Assembly: GCA_951406725.2 (NCBI GenBank)
Contig: OX597822.1
Location: 96,844,001-96,908,000 of the forward strand
Origin: Octopus vulgaris
Taxonomy: Eukaryota
Direction: 5' to 3'
Length of the DNA stretch: 64,000 nt
The position numbers and the translations under genes are program-made. The first letter of the stretch is position 1, and the number at the start of each line of letters is the position of its first letter. Positions 37,225 through 50,316 of the stretch are shown here, piece by piece. The notes beneath the pieces are model-generated. The model was not told the origin of the DNA, searched no databases, and saw nothing but the letters and a program-made list of their open reading frames with translations.

Positions 37225-37458
37225 TGGCGGCGAGCTGGCAGAAACGTTAGCACGCCGGGCGAAATGCGTAGCCGTATTTCGTCTGCCGTTACGTTCCGAG
37301 TTCAAATCCCGCCGAGGTCAACTTTGCCTTTCATCCTTTCAGGGTCGATAAGTAAAGTACCAGTTTCGCACCGGAGTCGATTGTAATTGACTTAATCCCT
37401 TTGTCTGTCCTTGTTTGTCCCCCTTCTATGTTTAGCCCCTTGTGGGTAGTAAAGAAAT
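37225..37458 (+). mobile_element. SINE-A inserted in (TG)n
   Basis: TSD tatattgtgtg... Confidence 0.9.
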
Positions 37459-37616
37459 ATATTGTGTGTGTGTGTGTGTGTTTGCATGTATGTTCCCCTT
37501 CTTGATACTATGAATTTGATCTCAGCTGCATGTTGCGTCCTCTACATCTCAACCCCCTTGCTTTTCTCTGTCTGTCTGTCTCCCCCTCTCTCTTTCTTGC
37601 TCTCAAAATATATATA

Positions 37617-37830
37617 GGCGCAGGCGTGGCTGCGTGATAAGAAGCTTACTTCCCAACCACATGGTGCCGGGTTCAATCCCACTCCGTGGCACCACCTTGG
37701 GCAAGTGTCATCTACTATAGCATTGGGCCGACCAAAGCCTTGTGAGTGTATTCAGTAGATGGAAACTGGAAGAACCCCATCGTATATATACATATATATT
37801 TATATATATATATTTATATGTGTGTGTATG

Positions 37831-37880
<50 letters not shown>

Positions 37881-37898
37881 TATATACACATACATATG

Positions 37899-37930
<32 letters not shown>

Positions 37931-38010
37931 TATTTATGTATGTGTTTGTGGCCCCCACTATCACTTGACAACTGATGTTGATATGTTTACATCCCCGTGA
38001 CTTAGCAGAG
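37617..38010 (+). mobile_element. SINE-B
   Basis: Consensus head, expanded (TA)n linker. Confidence 0.85.
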
Positions 38011-38981
38011 TGCAAACATAAACATACATGCACAGAAGTTTTTTCTCTTTATCTCTAGGTTTCTCTTATTTTTCATCTACCATATTCATTCACAAAGCCT
38101 TTGTTGGCCTGGGGTCATAGGAGATACCTGTTGAAGTTACTTTCTCTTTCTCTCTCTCTCTCTCTCTCACTTATGTGTGTGTGTGGATTTGGATGACAGT
38201 TCTTGAGGTAGTATTCTATGGCTAGATTCTCTTACTTTCACCAAAATTCTTCCTTGTTCCTAAATGAGCTACTTTATCCACCAAGCTGTGAAATATAAGT
38301 AACTACAAGACATTGCTGCTGCCTGGCCCTATTAATGCAAAGACATGCAACATCAAATATACACTCACACTTAAATACATAGTAAAATTAATTCCAGACA
38401 GAATCCTTCTATGGAGAAATGTTGAAAGGAAAAAAATTAATCAGGAACAGCAGAGTTCTACATCCGCATTTATTTCTCTCCTTTCTCCCTAAAGAAGGAC
38501 TATGTCTGAAATGTTAGATTTTTCACTCACCACAACTAACTAGTTCACTATAGTCTTTCTTATCGATTAGTTATATACCAATTTCTCAGATATATTGGTT
38601 TGAAATTTTGGCCAAAGGCCACTAATTTCTGGAGGTGGGGGGTTAGTCGTTTACATTGACCTCAATGTTCAACTGGTACTCTTTTTTTTTTTTATCAACC
38701 CTGTAAGGATGAAAAGCACAAGCCCAGGTGAAGCCAACTATGGGTGCAGATCTTGGTAGTTACATACCAATTCTTCAGATATATATTGGTTTGAAATTTT
38801 GGCCCAAAGCCAGTAATTTCAGGTGTGGGGGGGTCGACTGGTACTATTTTATTGAACCTATTAGGTCTTTGACAGAGTCTGAACTCGAAACATTAAAAGT
38901 GGTTGAAATGCTGCTAAGCATTTTGCCTGGCATGACAATGCCTTCAATCTTTGAAATATATTGAATACTGATAGATTTTAA

Positions 38982-39202
38982 CCCTTCAGTGTTCAGATTA
39001 CTCTGTTAAATGTCATACTTTTCCACTCAAATTGTTTTGAATTAATCCTGGATCATCTTACAGCTTTGAGGTTTCAATGATGTGATTACTTATTTTTAGA
39101 ATGGCATTGTAGGTTAGGTATGAGAGGCTAGATATGGCCAGTTTGAATATAAAATATGTAGAATATATTGGGCCGGATTTGGCCAGTTTAAACACTAAAG
39201 GG
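38982..39202. mobile_element. piggyBac-type MITE (family P1)
   Basis: TTAA|cccttcagtgtt ... aacactaaaggg|TTAA; homologous to 29425-29645; about 100 bp upstream of the large exon. Confidence 0.85.
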
Positions 39203-39303
39203 TTAAACAATAAATGCAAGGTATTTTTTAACATAGAATGCTTTCAGTGTCTGGGATATTTTCTCTTACTTATATCACTTTTTTTCTCTTTTTGTTTTTT
39301 CAG

Positions 39304-41084
39304 GAGCGAAGAAGAATGGCATCTTCTCGAAAGTCTACCTCATCAAAATATAACCAGGAAGGATCTCGTCGGAAACTTACACGTCAGAGAGATCACGTAG
39401 AACATCAAGTTATTGAACAAGATGTCTTTACTCCGAAGCGTAAAGGAAGCCAAAAAAGTGGTAGCGTCACCACTAAAGCCAGCAAAACATCAAGTGATAG
39501 TGGCCAAAATTCAAAAGTCGAAGCTACCAAGAATAAAGTAACAAAGAAGAAGCCTGAAGATGGCGGGAAAGCAGAGAAAAAGGCCCACATTAAGGAACCG
39601 GTGCCGCCAGACATTAATTCATCTGCTTCGTCGACCTTTGGTTCGCAAGAATCAGAAAAATCTAGTTTGGCTGCAAGTAATTGCAGTGGCAGTAGTAGTG
39701 GTGTTAGTGGAAAATTAGAAACGAGTGGTCGCAGTAGTTCATCAAAAAGTGGCACCGGCCAGTCTGCGAGTCAAGGAAGCAGTGGCACAACTCAGAAACA
39801 TGGTTCATCACCAACCTCAAAGAAAAGTGGTGCTTCATCAAAATCCTCACCGAGTGCAACTGCCAAACGGGCTGGTCGTGGCGGTTCTTCAGATGGCAAG
39901 AAGGATTGTTCTAGGGAGCGGAAAATGGGTGTCGTTTCTTATCATTTCCACTTGCCAAAGACTGAAGTCCCGACCCCAGCACCAAAACCGACAGTCACTG
40001 AGGTGACGAGTGTGAAGACAAATGTTACCGTTGCACCAAGTATTAAGACAACTGCCAATGTTACATCTGTTGCTGCTACACCTAGCATGAAGACCACTAC
40101 GGTGGTAACGTCCAGCATGAAGACAACTGTTGCTGCTACATCGAGCAAAACGACAACTGCTGTTACTACGTCAGCAAGTGTGAAGACAACTGCCAATGTC
40201 GCTGTATCAATTGGAAGCACACCATCTACTGTTACAGAAGTAACGACTATTAATACTAGTTGTACAGACATCATGACTCAAGAAGAAGACCTGGAGGATA
40301 AGAGTGACAACATTTCCTCTTCATCTACAACTCCTTCACTATTGAGTGTTACTTCTGAAACCACAAGTCTCTTGGGTAAATCCCCTGAAACCAGCAGCAG
40401 TTTAAGGGATAAAGACCAGTCACAGCTTTCTCCCGGTCTTTCATCATACAGCAATATTGATTCAGATGGGACTGGCTCACCTGATTTGAGTTTTTGTAGT
40501 CCTGAGTTACCCACAAAAAACAGCCGCCTCAAGCGACGCCTTATCCAAGAACCAGCTTTCGATGAGTATGAAGAAGACTTAATAACCACAACTTCAAACT
40601 TGACATCTTCTCAATTGCCTTCTTCTTCATTGAAAATCCCAGGAATAGGTTTATTTGGTTCTAATGCCAGCCTCTTGTCACTTGATAACCAGGAGCGAAT
40701 CAGAAGTGCTTCATTGCATTTTCAACCTATGTGTTCTTCGGAGACATCACTTAACAGTCAGACCTCTCTACAGAAGCGACCATGTGAGAAGGTCCGAGAA
40801 TTGCAGCTTTCGGACTCAACATTATCAGTTCGAGGTCATGAAATGAGAGCTGGTTTTGAGAACTGTAGTACCTCAATTCTTCGTGGAAGCAGCACTGGTA
40901 GTTACAATGCCAGCTTCAATCTCCGACCGTTTGTTCGGCATTCAAGCTCTCCAGCTAAAGTTGAAAGTTCTTCGAATTATCGCAGATCAAAAGATCATCT
41001 AGCATTGCTAGAGGTTCTACGCAAACATGGACTCTGTCACTGCATACGGTTTTTCAATCGAAATATGAACATCAGGAAATTTAG
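39304..41084 (+). CDS. Large coding exon: Ser/Lys/Thr-rich disordered region plus N-terminal half of a SAM domain
   Basis: About 1.8 kb stop-free, non-microsatellite ORF. Polypyrimidine acceptor ttttgttttttcag|GAG and donor TTTAG|GTAAGT (phase 2). Ends LLEVLRKHGLCHCIRFFNRNMNIRKF. Confidence 0.92.
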
Positions 41085-42714
41085 GTAAGTTCTGATTTCT
41101 GTCTCCTTCATACCAAGAAAATTTAGTTAAATTCTGATTATTACCTCCTCATTGCTGCATTTTTCAATAATTACATTTTTCTTTTCTCCCCTTTTCATCT
41201 AGTAATTCTAAGCAAAACACTGACATTCTGCTAAATGGAAGCTACCTCTAGCTTGTAGACCAGTTAAAGAGTTAATGAAATTAACTGTACTCTCTCTCCT
41301 AAAATTTATGGCTTTTTCACTATCAATTATTGTCATCATTAGAGCTTTGCAGTATTATTTCTTGTGGATCTTTACGTTGACTTTCAGCTTTTTGGGAGTT
41401 TTTTGAAAGTGGGGTGGATTAATAAACTAAAGAACTCAAGTATGGGGATTCATTTAATTGACTAACCCCTTCCTCAAAATTGCTTACCGTATGACTAAAC
41501 CAGAAATGATGAGTTCAAATTTTGGTAAAGGGCAGCAATTTTGTGGAGAAGGGGTAAGTTGATACCATTGATCCCCAGTATTTTACTGGTATTTTTTTTA
41601 TCAACCTCAAAAGAATGAAAGGCTAAGTTGCCATTGGCAACATTTGAACTCAGAACTTTAAAAGCTGGAAGAAAAGTTGCTGAGCATTTTGTCTGACCTG
41701 TTAATGATTCTGCTAGGTCACTGCCTAAATATTGATTTCAAATTCTGGCACAAGGCCAGCAGTTTCAAGGAGTGGGTAAATCACTTACATCTACCTCAGT
41801 GCTCAACTGGTACATATTTTATTGACCCAGTTTAATCAACTGGCCTGATCCCTTCAAAAATTGCCGGCTTTGTGTTAAAATTTGGAACAATTACTATGAT
41901 TATTAGAGGGCAAGCTGGCAGAATTGTTAGCATGCCAGACAAAAAGCTTAGTGGTATGTCATCTGTTTATATGTTTTCAGTTAAAACTCCACTGGGGGTC
42001 TGCTTTGCTTTTCGCTTTCATCCTTTTGGGTTTGATGGAACAAATACCAGTTGAACCCTGGGGTTGATGTAATTGATTGTTCCCATCCCCTAAAATTTCA
42101 GGCCTTCTGGCTATAATAGTAAGGATTATTGTGTTTGGGAAGACATGTGAAATTGTGGTCTTGGCCAGTGAAGGGACATGTAAAAGGCAACCATGCTGGT
42201 GACACAGAAAAGACACCCAGAACACTCTGTAGAGTGGTTGGTGTTAGAAAGGGCGTCCAAATGTAGAAACCAAGCCAAAACAGATGACTGGGGCCTGATG
42301 CATCTCTCTAGCTTACCAGCTCTGGTCAAACCGTCTAACCCATGCCAGCATGGAAAGCAGACGTTAAATGATGATGATTTTGCTATTCCATCATCCTCTC
42401 TCCCTCTCTCTCTCTCTCATTCCCCCTTGCACCTCACCTCTTTACTCTATTTGTGAGGTGAGGTCAGACGCAGTTATACAACATAAAAAATATGCATCGC
42501 AGAATTATCTTTGGCAGGTGTTGCTGTTGTTGTTGTTGTTGTTATTGCTTGTAATTTTAGATCTTACATGTGTGTGTGTGCAGCTTCTTGTCTGTCTTCT
42601 GTTTATATTTGCTTCAGTTCACACCCAGCTGTACTGGATTTTGAAATCGGTCAGTCATCTCTTTGATGGCAGGGGTTTTGTTGTTGTTGTTGTCAGATGA
42701 AGTAATGTTTTATA

Positions 42715-42756
42715 ATCAGCATGGTGGTGGTGGCGGTGGTGGCGGTGGTGGTCTTG

Positions 42757-42792
<36 letters not shown>

Positions 42793-43460
42793 ATGAGGAT
42801 AATGGTGGTAGTAGTAGTGGCGAGGTTTATGACGATGATGTCAATGATAATAGTGGTGGTGGTGTTGGTGTTAGGGTGGGTTGATTAGTGCAATTGTGGT
42901 GGTGTTGATGTGGGGGGTGGGGGTGATTAGTGCAGTCGTGGTGGTGGTGATGGTGGTGGTGGTGGTGGTGGTTGTGTTGGGTGTAAAGTACTTTTTTATA
43001 ATAATCAAGTGTAATTCTCTTTGTTTTTTTTCCCCAGTTCAAACCTTGTCAGTGTTAACTTTACCTCTGACATCACCTGCCTATACTGCCATAGCAACCA
43101 CCTCCACCACTACTGCCATTACAACTATTATCACTACAACTACCACCACTACTACTACTACTGCTTCTGTCATTACAACTATCACTACCACCACTACTAC
43201 TACAGCCATTAAAACTATCATCACTATTAAAACTACCACCACCACCACCACAGCCATCACAATTATCGTCACTACTACTACTACTACCATTAATATTATT
43301 GCACCAGAAACTGCCTTATCCATTATACAACTACTACCACCTATACTATCACAACAACCCTTACCACTACTGTTACAATTACCATCACCACTATTATCAC
43401 TACTACAACCTCCACCACCACAACAACAGTACTATGACTACAAATGCAACCACAGCTACC
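42715..43460. repeat. Low-complexity (GTG/GTA)n tract followed by a complementary (CAC/TAC)n tract
   Basis: Trinucleotide runs visible directly. Confidence 0.85.
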
Positions 43461-44019
43461 ATTACCGTATCTATATTTTTCAGGTTGGTTGGTTGGTTGG
43501 TTGGTTGGTTGGTATATTCCCTTCCTGTGTTTTATGTAGCCAATCGAAGTGCCCCTACACACACACACACACACACACATAGAATTCCTGGTAACTAAGG
43601 CAAGGTGCCAAACGGTTTTATAACAAACCAGCTGATTGCCAACTCAGAAGTAGGTTAATTGTTACGGCATCTGCATGCGTACATAGGAAAAGAATTCTGG
43701 GAGTTAGCTTGGAACTGTCACTGCTCTTTTAAGAGTATGGTTTTGGTCCAATCTCTTAACTGAAGTTCCTCAGATCGAAGAGCAGCAAGTAGCTGTAGGT
43801 AGGTCTTTAGATGAGTTACTTCCCTTTATGACAGGATTTCTGAAGCTCAGCTCTTGTGATTTCATCGACTCATCATTAAGAACTTGTTGAGCCAGCCGAT
43901 GAGAGAGCCTCTGTATTGTTGGTCGACATGCTAGTAATAGCAGCCAAATTCCCTCAAATTGCAAATCACACTCTACTACCTTCAGAAAAGGGACACATTG
44001 CTAAATCTGGATTCCAGGG

Positions 44020-44500
44020 TTTCTCCGAACTATAATTATACTGACTGCTACGGAGCGTGGGCTGCGGGGTCACTCCGAAAAGCTCTATCTGCGACGATTT
44101 CATCTCAATCGAAGGAGAGGGGCTTTCTCCGTCCGGGTTGTGGATCCGTGGAATAAGCTGCCGGACGAGATAGTGAAGATTGCCGACGACCACTCGGTTC
44201 AAAGTCTCTCTTGACCAGAAATGACCTGAACTCTTTGCATGAACACCCTCCCTGTACATAACTCCATGTCCCCCTACATGGCCTTGCTTTTGCTTCTTGA
44301 GCCCCAAAAATTGAACTCTTTGTATGAACATCCTCCCTGTACATAACTCCACATCCCCCTACATGGCCTTGCTTTTGCTTCTTGAGCCCCAAAAATTGAA
44401 CTCTTTGCATGAACACCCTCCCTGTACATAACTCCACATCCCCCCTACATGGCCTTGCTTTTTGCTTTTTGAGCCCCAAAAATTAAATTAAAATTAATTA
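44020..44500 (+). mobile_element. CR1-group LINE 3' end with triplicated 85 bp 3' UTR
   Basis: From 44041 reads LRGHSEKLYLRRFHLNRRRGAFSVRVVDPWNKLPDEIV...FKVSLD, a CR1 ORF2 C-terminus. Repeat units at 44227, 44312 and 44397; (AAATT)n tail. Confidence 0.85.
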
Positions 44501-44900
44501 AAAGCTTGTTAGTGTTCTTGGACCTTAATTGCTGCATTTGCACGTGATGGTCCCACTGTCCCTTTTCATCTCCCTTTCATTCCCCCCCCTATCTGTCTCT
44601 GTCTGTTTCTCTCTCTCTCTCACTTTTCGTTCCACCTCTCATTATCTGTCATCAATTGCAACTCTTCCTCTTATCATACATTTTCTCTGCTCGAAAAGAA
44701 TTTATAGTGTGGTAGTAGTATTCGTTGCTGGTAAGTGTGATTTCTGTAGTATTAGTGATAGAGGTAGTGGTGGATGTGGTGGTGGTGGTTGTGGATTAAT
44801 AGCTAAGCCACACCCTGACCCAGTAATAATCCACTTTATGACATTAGGTAATGATGTTAGACGGAGGAAGTTTTGATCGTGAGGAGAAGGCCCAGATGTA

Positions 44901-44933
<33 letters not shown>

Positions 44934-45272
44934 TGGCATGTGTAAGGGATATGTTAATATGTATATAAATATGTGTGTGTGTAAGAGCTATGTAATGTTA
45001 CACTTTAGATAATGAGAGCCTATTGCCTCAGGGCTGGCATCTTATGTGAATGCTGAGACAGGCAGCTGCATTTCCAAGGAAGAACATAAACTTAACTAAC
45101 GATGGTAGCATACTCAGATGGAGGAGAAGGAGGGTGAGTAATGGTGGTGATGGTGATGATGTTTAATCTTCAATCTTAAGACAGATATGGAAGGCAGAGT
45201 GAAATTTTAACTATGGCAGGCATGGATTAACTTGCGTATAAATCCTCACTGATCCACCCAGGAAAGTTGGTC

Positions 45273-45312
<40 letters not shown>

Positions 45313-45556
45313 GAGTCATATCATGTAATGGGATTATTAATTTACTCAAGAATTAATTAGCATGCTCACACACACACACACACACATATTCATGGTGTTA
45401 ATGAGGTGGCTCTGTTGCCTGAATAACTGATCAGATGAGAAATTTTGATCAATCATAAATTAATTAACTCTTTCATTACTCTGTTCTTGTTGAAATAACC
45501 TGCCTTTTTCTTGAGACAGTGGATCTTGAAACAGATAAAGCTTTAACCAACCCAGA

Positions 45557-45806
45557 TGAAACTGGCTCTGGCTCTGTAGTACAAATGTCTTGTTTTCATA
45601 AGTTTTGAATTAAAATCTTCCACCAAACCTTAGTCATAATTTATGTTCCTAACACTAGCTGAATGATAACTAAGATATTTTCCTAATATCCTTGGTTGTT
45701 ATTCAGCTAGTTTTAGGAACATAAATTGTGACTAAGTTTGGAGGAAGATTTTAATTCAAAACTTATGAAAACAAGACATTTGTACTCAGAGTCAGAGCCG
45801 GTTTCA
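45557..45806. repeat. About 250 bp fold-back palindrome built from piggyBac MITE P2 sequence
   Basis: Arms of about 120 bp, 5 nt loop at 45680-45684; arm sequence matches 32198-32315. Confidence 0.9.
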
Positions 45807-46759
45807 GCCAGATTTATATCAAAAGGGTTAAACAGACAAGCAAATGATATTGTCCATTGGTCAGTGGCTTAATGTCTTTAGCCAAACATTTCATGCTTCT
45901 CGAGAAGTCAGTTTGGTTGGTGGTAGGGAAAGAAGTATTTTGTACAAGTGTGTATTTGTGTGATTTTCTGTAAAACCAGTTATATTGCCCTCCTCTCATC
46001 TCACGTGTACTTATGTCCTTTCAATAAATCTGTTGATTTCATAAGTAAACACAACAACAACAACAAAAAGAACTATGACTGTTAAGTTTTTTGGGGTGTT
46101 TTTTTTTCAGTTATTCACTTGTAAGAATGGCAATAATAATAGTAACAACAATAACAGCAGCAGCAACAACAACAATGATAACAGTGATGATTTCTTTGTC
46201 ATAAGGGCAAGGACAAATAATGATGATGATAATGATTTATAAATTTGTCATACAGGTGAAGACAAATAATAATAATAACAACATTAGTAGTTGTACTGGT
46301 AACAACAACAATAATAATAATAATAATACTGAATCTTCTTTTATGTTCACCTCCCCATTTGAGTCACGTTGTGTTGTCCAAGGCTATAAAAACCTGTTGC
46401 GATTCACTTATTGTTTGCGACAAACCTAAAAATACCCATTCTCCATTCATTAAGCGTCTCTTCTCATACTTTCCCTCCAAAATCTCTCAACTGTTGCATT
46501 TCAATATAAACCTTCCAATTAAATATGTAAATTATATTTCTCATGTTTTACCAATTGAGCCACCATTCTAATCTACATGCCTGTCATAAAGTGTTTGTTT
46601 GTCTGGATTGGTGGATCAGCTAACGTTCTTGGTTTTTTTTTTTTTTTGCTCTTTGTACGTTTTGAGCTTCTGTGTTTATATTACATCAATTAAACGTTTT
46701 TGTATTGTTTTTTGGGGTTTTTTTTTCTCTTCCTGCGTCTTGGGTTAGGGTCAGCAAAT

Positions 46760-47015
46760 CAGCCTCGCCTGGCCCCCGTGCCGGTGGCACGTAAAAAGCA
46801 CCATCCAACCATGGCCATTTGCCAGCCCCGTCTGGTGGCACGTAAAAAGCACCCACTACACTCACGGAGTGGTTGGCGTTAGGAAGGGCATCCAGCCATA
46901 GAAACATTGCCAGATCAGACTGGGCCTGGTGCAGCCTTCTGGCTTCCCAGACCCCAATTGAACCGTCCAACCCATGCTAGCATGGAAAGCGGACGCTAAA
47001 TGATGATGATGATGA
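46760..47015 (+). mobile_element. RTE 3'-tail copy
   Basis: ggttggcgttaggaagggcatccagc...catggaaagcggacgctaaa(tga)n. Confidence 0.85.
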
Positions 47016-47047
47016 TTGACCCTGTCGCAGAACCATGTATATATATG

Positions 47048-47229
47048 TAGGGAGAGTTTACGAAAAAGAAACAAAAGACGAAGACAGGTGGTGTACAAAA
47101 CAAACAGATGTATTGGTATAACGCTCAGGAATAGAAAAAGTCTTTTATGTTTCGAACCTATGCTCTTCTTCAGAAAGGTACACAGAAAAAACAAGGAGAG
47201 AAAAAAATGTGTGTAGTGGCTAACGATAC
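47048..47229 (-). mobile_element. Penelope-like hammerhead element
   Basis: Minus 47142-47177: CUUU-CUGAAGA-A-GAGC(AUAG)GUUC-GAAA-Ca-UA-AAAG. Confidence 0.7.
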
Positions 47230-47554
47230 ACACACACACACACTCACATGTATATATGTTATTATACATAAATTACCTCTACCATCAAGGTTTGAACTTG
47301 TGATTTCAAGGTCTGTTGTAATAGTGCTAGCATCATCATCATCATCATCATCATCATCATAATCTGTAGTAAACAGAAAACTTGATAGCATCATTGCAAT
47401 GTAATCTCAGCACTTTGATTTTTTAAATTATTTACACATCATCATCATCATCATCATCGCATTCAGGTGTCCTTGAGTTCTGCAGAGTTCTTTCCCTCCT
47501 CACCTGCTACACCGGCTCCATTTCCCTTCCAGTCTGCAGCCCCACCCCACCCCA

Positions 47555-47592
<38 letters not shown>

Positions 47593-48318
47593 ACACACAT
47601 ACACCTGTCAATACATCCCACAATGCCTCATTGCTACCAAATCTGTTTTGTGGAGACCTACAACACTTGTAGAATAATTCTGCCAGGAAATGAATGCCGA
47701 TGAAAGATACTTTCTTCAACACATTATTACGTGAGGGTGGTGATGGGGGTGGGAGCTGATGATGATGGTGATGATAAAAGTGGCGATGGCGAAACGGGTG
47801 GGTGGTGGTGGCGATGGTGATAGGGGTGGTGGTATGGTTGTGGTGATGGCAGTGGTGATAGCAATAAGCTTTTTATTTAATAAAATGAAAGCTGTGTGTA
47901 TGTGTGCTTTTGTTCATTTTGTATAGTTGCCTTGTATGTATGTATGTGTTCTTTGCTTGTGTGTATGTTTGTGTATGTATGTGAAGACTTTGTTGTTTTA
48001 TGTGCATATTTGATTATATGTGTGTGTGTGTGTATATCTTTGCAAGAGTGTGCGTGCATTCATGCGTTCTTTTGCATCTGCATTCTGTTCCATGTGTGTG
48101 TGTGTGTGTGCGCACATTATATGAGGCTGCTTACCTGCATTTTCAAATTACTGTATATATGGTATGTGTATGTATGTGTGCATGTGTGTAAAGGGTTTAT
48201 AAAGGTTTTTGTTTGTGTGTATGTATATTAATATTTGTATATGTGTGTGCACGAGGGGTGTATATATATATATAAATGTGTTTATATTTATGTATGTGTT
48301 TTCCTAAAGGTTATATAA

Positions 48319-48351
<33 letters not shown>

Positions 48352-49469
48352 GGTTGTATGAATGTGTGCATATGCATGTGTGTGCACGCTTCTTTTTAAA
48401 CGACTATGCAGCTGTTGTCTATAGAAAGTTGCATACACCCATCGATCCATCTATTTCACTGTGCATGGAAGTAGCTGGGGGTTTTGTCTGTTTCTTTATC
48501 TCAATTTCATTCTTTGTTCTCTCAAAACTGTCTCAACTTATTATATACACACACCTCTCCCCCCACCTCTTGTTCCACTCACTCAACCCCCATCCCTTCA
48601 TTGCAATAATTGAAGGAGATGTCTAGTTCTTTACATTGAATTGTTTGGCTCTGTCAAACAGAACAAAATATGTGCTCCTTTAGAAATACTCCCTTACCTC
48701 CCTTAGATGTACTGCGGTTCTTGGTTTTTTTTTTTTTTTTTCATTTTCCATTGGCTTTTTGCTCTTTTATTCACTGCAGTTTAATATATATTTGTTTGTT
48801 TTCCATGTATGTATGTATGTATGTATGTGTGTTTTATTTTTCTTTTGTATCAGTTTTAATTCCGAATCTTTAGAAACTAAAAGAATGACAAAGATTTATT
48901 GGTGTTTCTTCACAAAATAAATGTTCAACACAAAATGTCACCTCAACATTTCTCTGCTAAAAACCATGAGTTTGGTAAAGGTTTCGATTCATCCCTCCGA
49001 CATTGATAAAATTCTGGTAATATCCTCTGAAATCGGGGATGGGTAGGATTAAGAAAACTGAATTTGTTCCCTTCAAACTTAAAGTGAATTTTGTTCCTAA
49101 TTAAAGAAATCTCCCTTTCTTTTACCTCTCTGCCTTTCTCTTTGTCTATCTATCTCCCTCCCTCACTCTCTCTCTCTCTCTCTCTGTCTTCCCTGATAAT
49201 CACTTCATTACCAGGTACTCACTATCTCTCTCTCCCTCACCAATGTAAATCTTACATAAACAGACACCTCATGTTCTGGTAAAAGAACAGACTTCATGTT
49301 TCAACTTGTGCAGTACTTAGCTTAAATCGACTGACGACCGACAACATATCCCATCTTGATTCAATGATTTGAGGAAAATCAATTCCATAAAATATAACTG
49401 GTTTATTGGGTAATAATAAAAATTTACAGTTTTAATAACTTATCTTCCCACAGCATATGAACATAGATA

Positions 49470-49886
49470 CATCATCATCATCATCATCATATGTCCGTTT
49501 TCCATGCAGGCATGGGTTGGGTGGTTTGACTGCGGCCTGGAGAGCCAGTGGCTGCACCAGACTCCAATCTGATCTGGCAGTGTTTCTACAGCTGGATGCC
49601 CTTCCTAATGCCAACCACTCCAAAAGTGTAGTAGGTGCTTTTTACGTGCCACCAGCATACCACCATCCAATCGTGGCCGTTTGCCAGACTCGTCTGGTAC
49701 CTGTGCCGGTGGCACATAAAAAGCACCCACTACGCTCATGGAGCGGTTGGCGTTAGGAAGGGCATCCAGCCGTAGAAACATTGCCAGATCAAACTGGGCC
49801 TGGTGCAGCCTTCTGGTTTCCCAGACCCCAGTTGAGCCGTCCAACCCATGCTAGCATGGAAAGCGGACGCTAAATGATGATGATGA
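49470..49886. mobile_element. Inverted pair of RTE 3'-tail copies
   Basis: 49470-49660 (minus) directly followed by 49661-49886 (plus). Confidence 0.85.
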
Positions 49887-49920
49887 TATATGTATGTATG
49901 TATGTATAAATGTACATGCA

Positions 49921-49987
<67 letters not shown>

Positions 49988-50201
49988 TACACGCAAACAC
50001 AAATTTATGGGTATTGGGTTTGTTTCGTAACCTCATGGTCACAGCTTCTAACTCACTGCATAGCACACATCATCAAAATTCCGTGACTACAAGATAACGC
50101 ATGATTTATATAAACAATATGACTAAAAAATCTCATTACATTTGACAGAGTAATCTGAAAATTTAAAGGGGTTAACTGATGTATAACATTGAATCTTTTA
50201 G

Positions 50202-50316
50202 GACTCTCACCGAGGATGACCTTCTTGAAAGTTGTCAGGTCACTGATCCACAAACCAGAAAGCAATTGCTACAGGTCATCGCCCGACTAAAAATGGATGA
50301 AGATACGGATACCGAA
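50202..50316 (+). CDS. Coding exon: C-terminal half of the SAM domain
   Basis: Acceptor tcttttag|G completes the split Arg codon from 41083-41084. Reads RTLTEDDLLESCQVTDPQTRKQLLQVIARLKMDEDTDTE, matching the SAM pattern LTEEDL..xGI...G.RKKIL..I..L. Donor GAA|GTAAGT. Confidence 0.88.

Noticed and set aside
38480-38520. Additional + strand hammerhead (ctaaaga-aggactatgtct-gaaatgtt)
   Set aside because: Core and stem I are too degenerate to call, though it is probably an old family member.
39238-39303. ORF-track N-terminus MLSVSGIFSLTYITFFLFLFFQ as a signal peptide
   Set aside because: It is the translated polypyrimidine tract of the acceptor at 39303.
42881-43582. 233 aa mucin-like Thr-rich ORF
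   Set aside because: Product of trinucleotide microsatellites, open in several frames, with no credible splice context.
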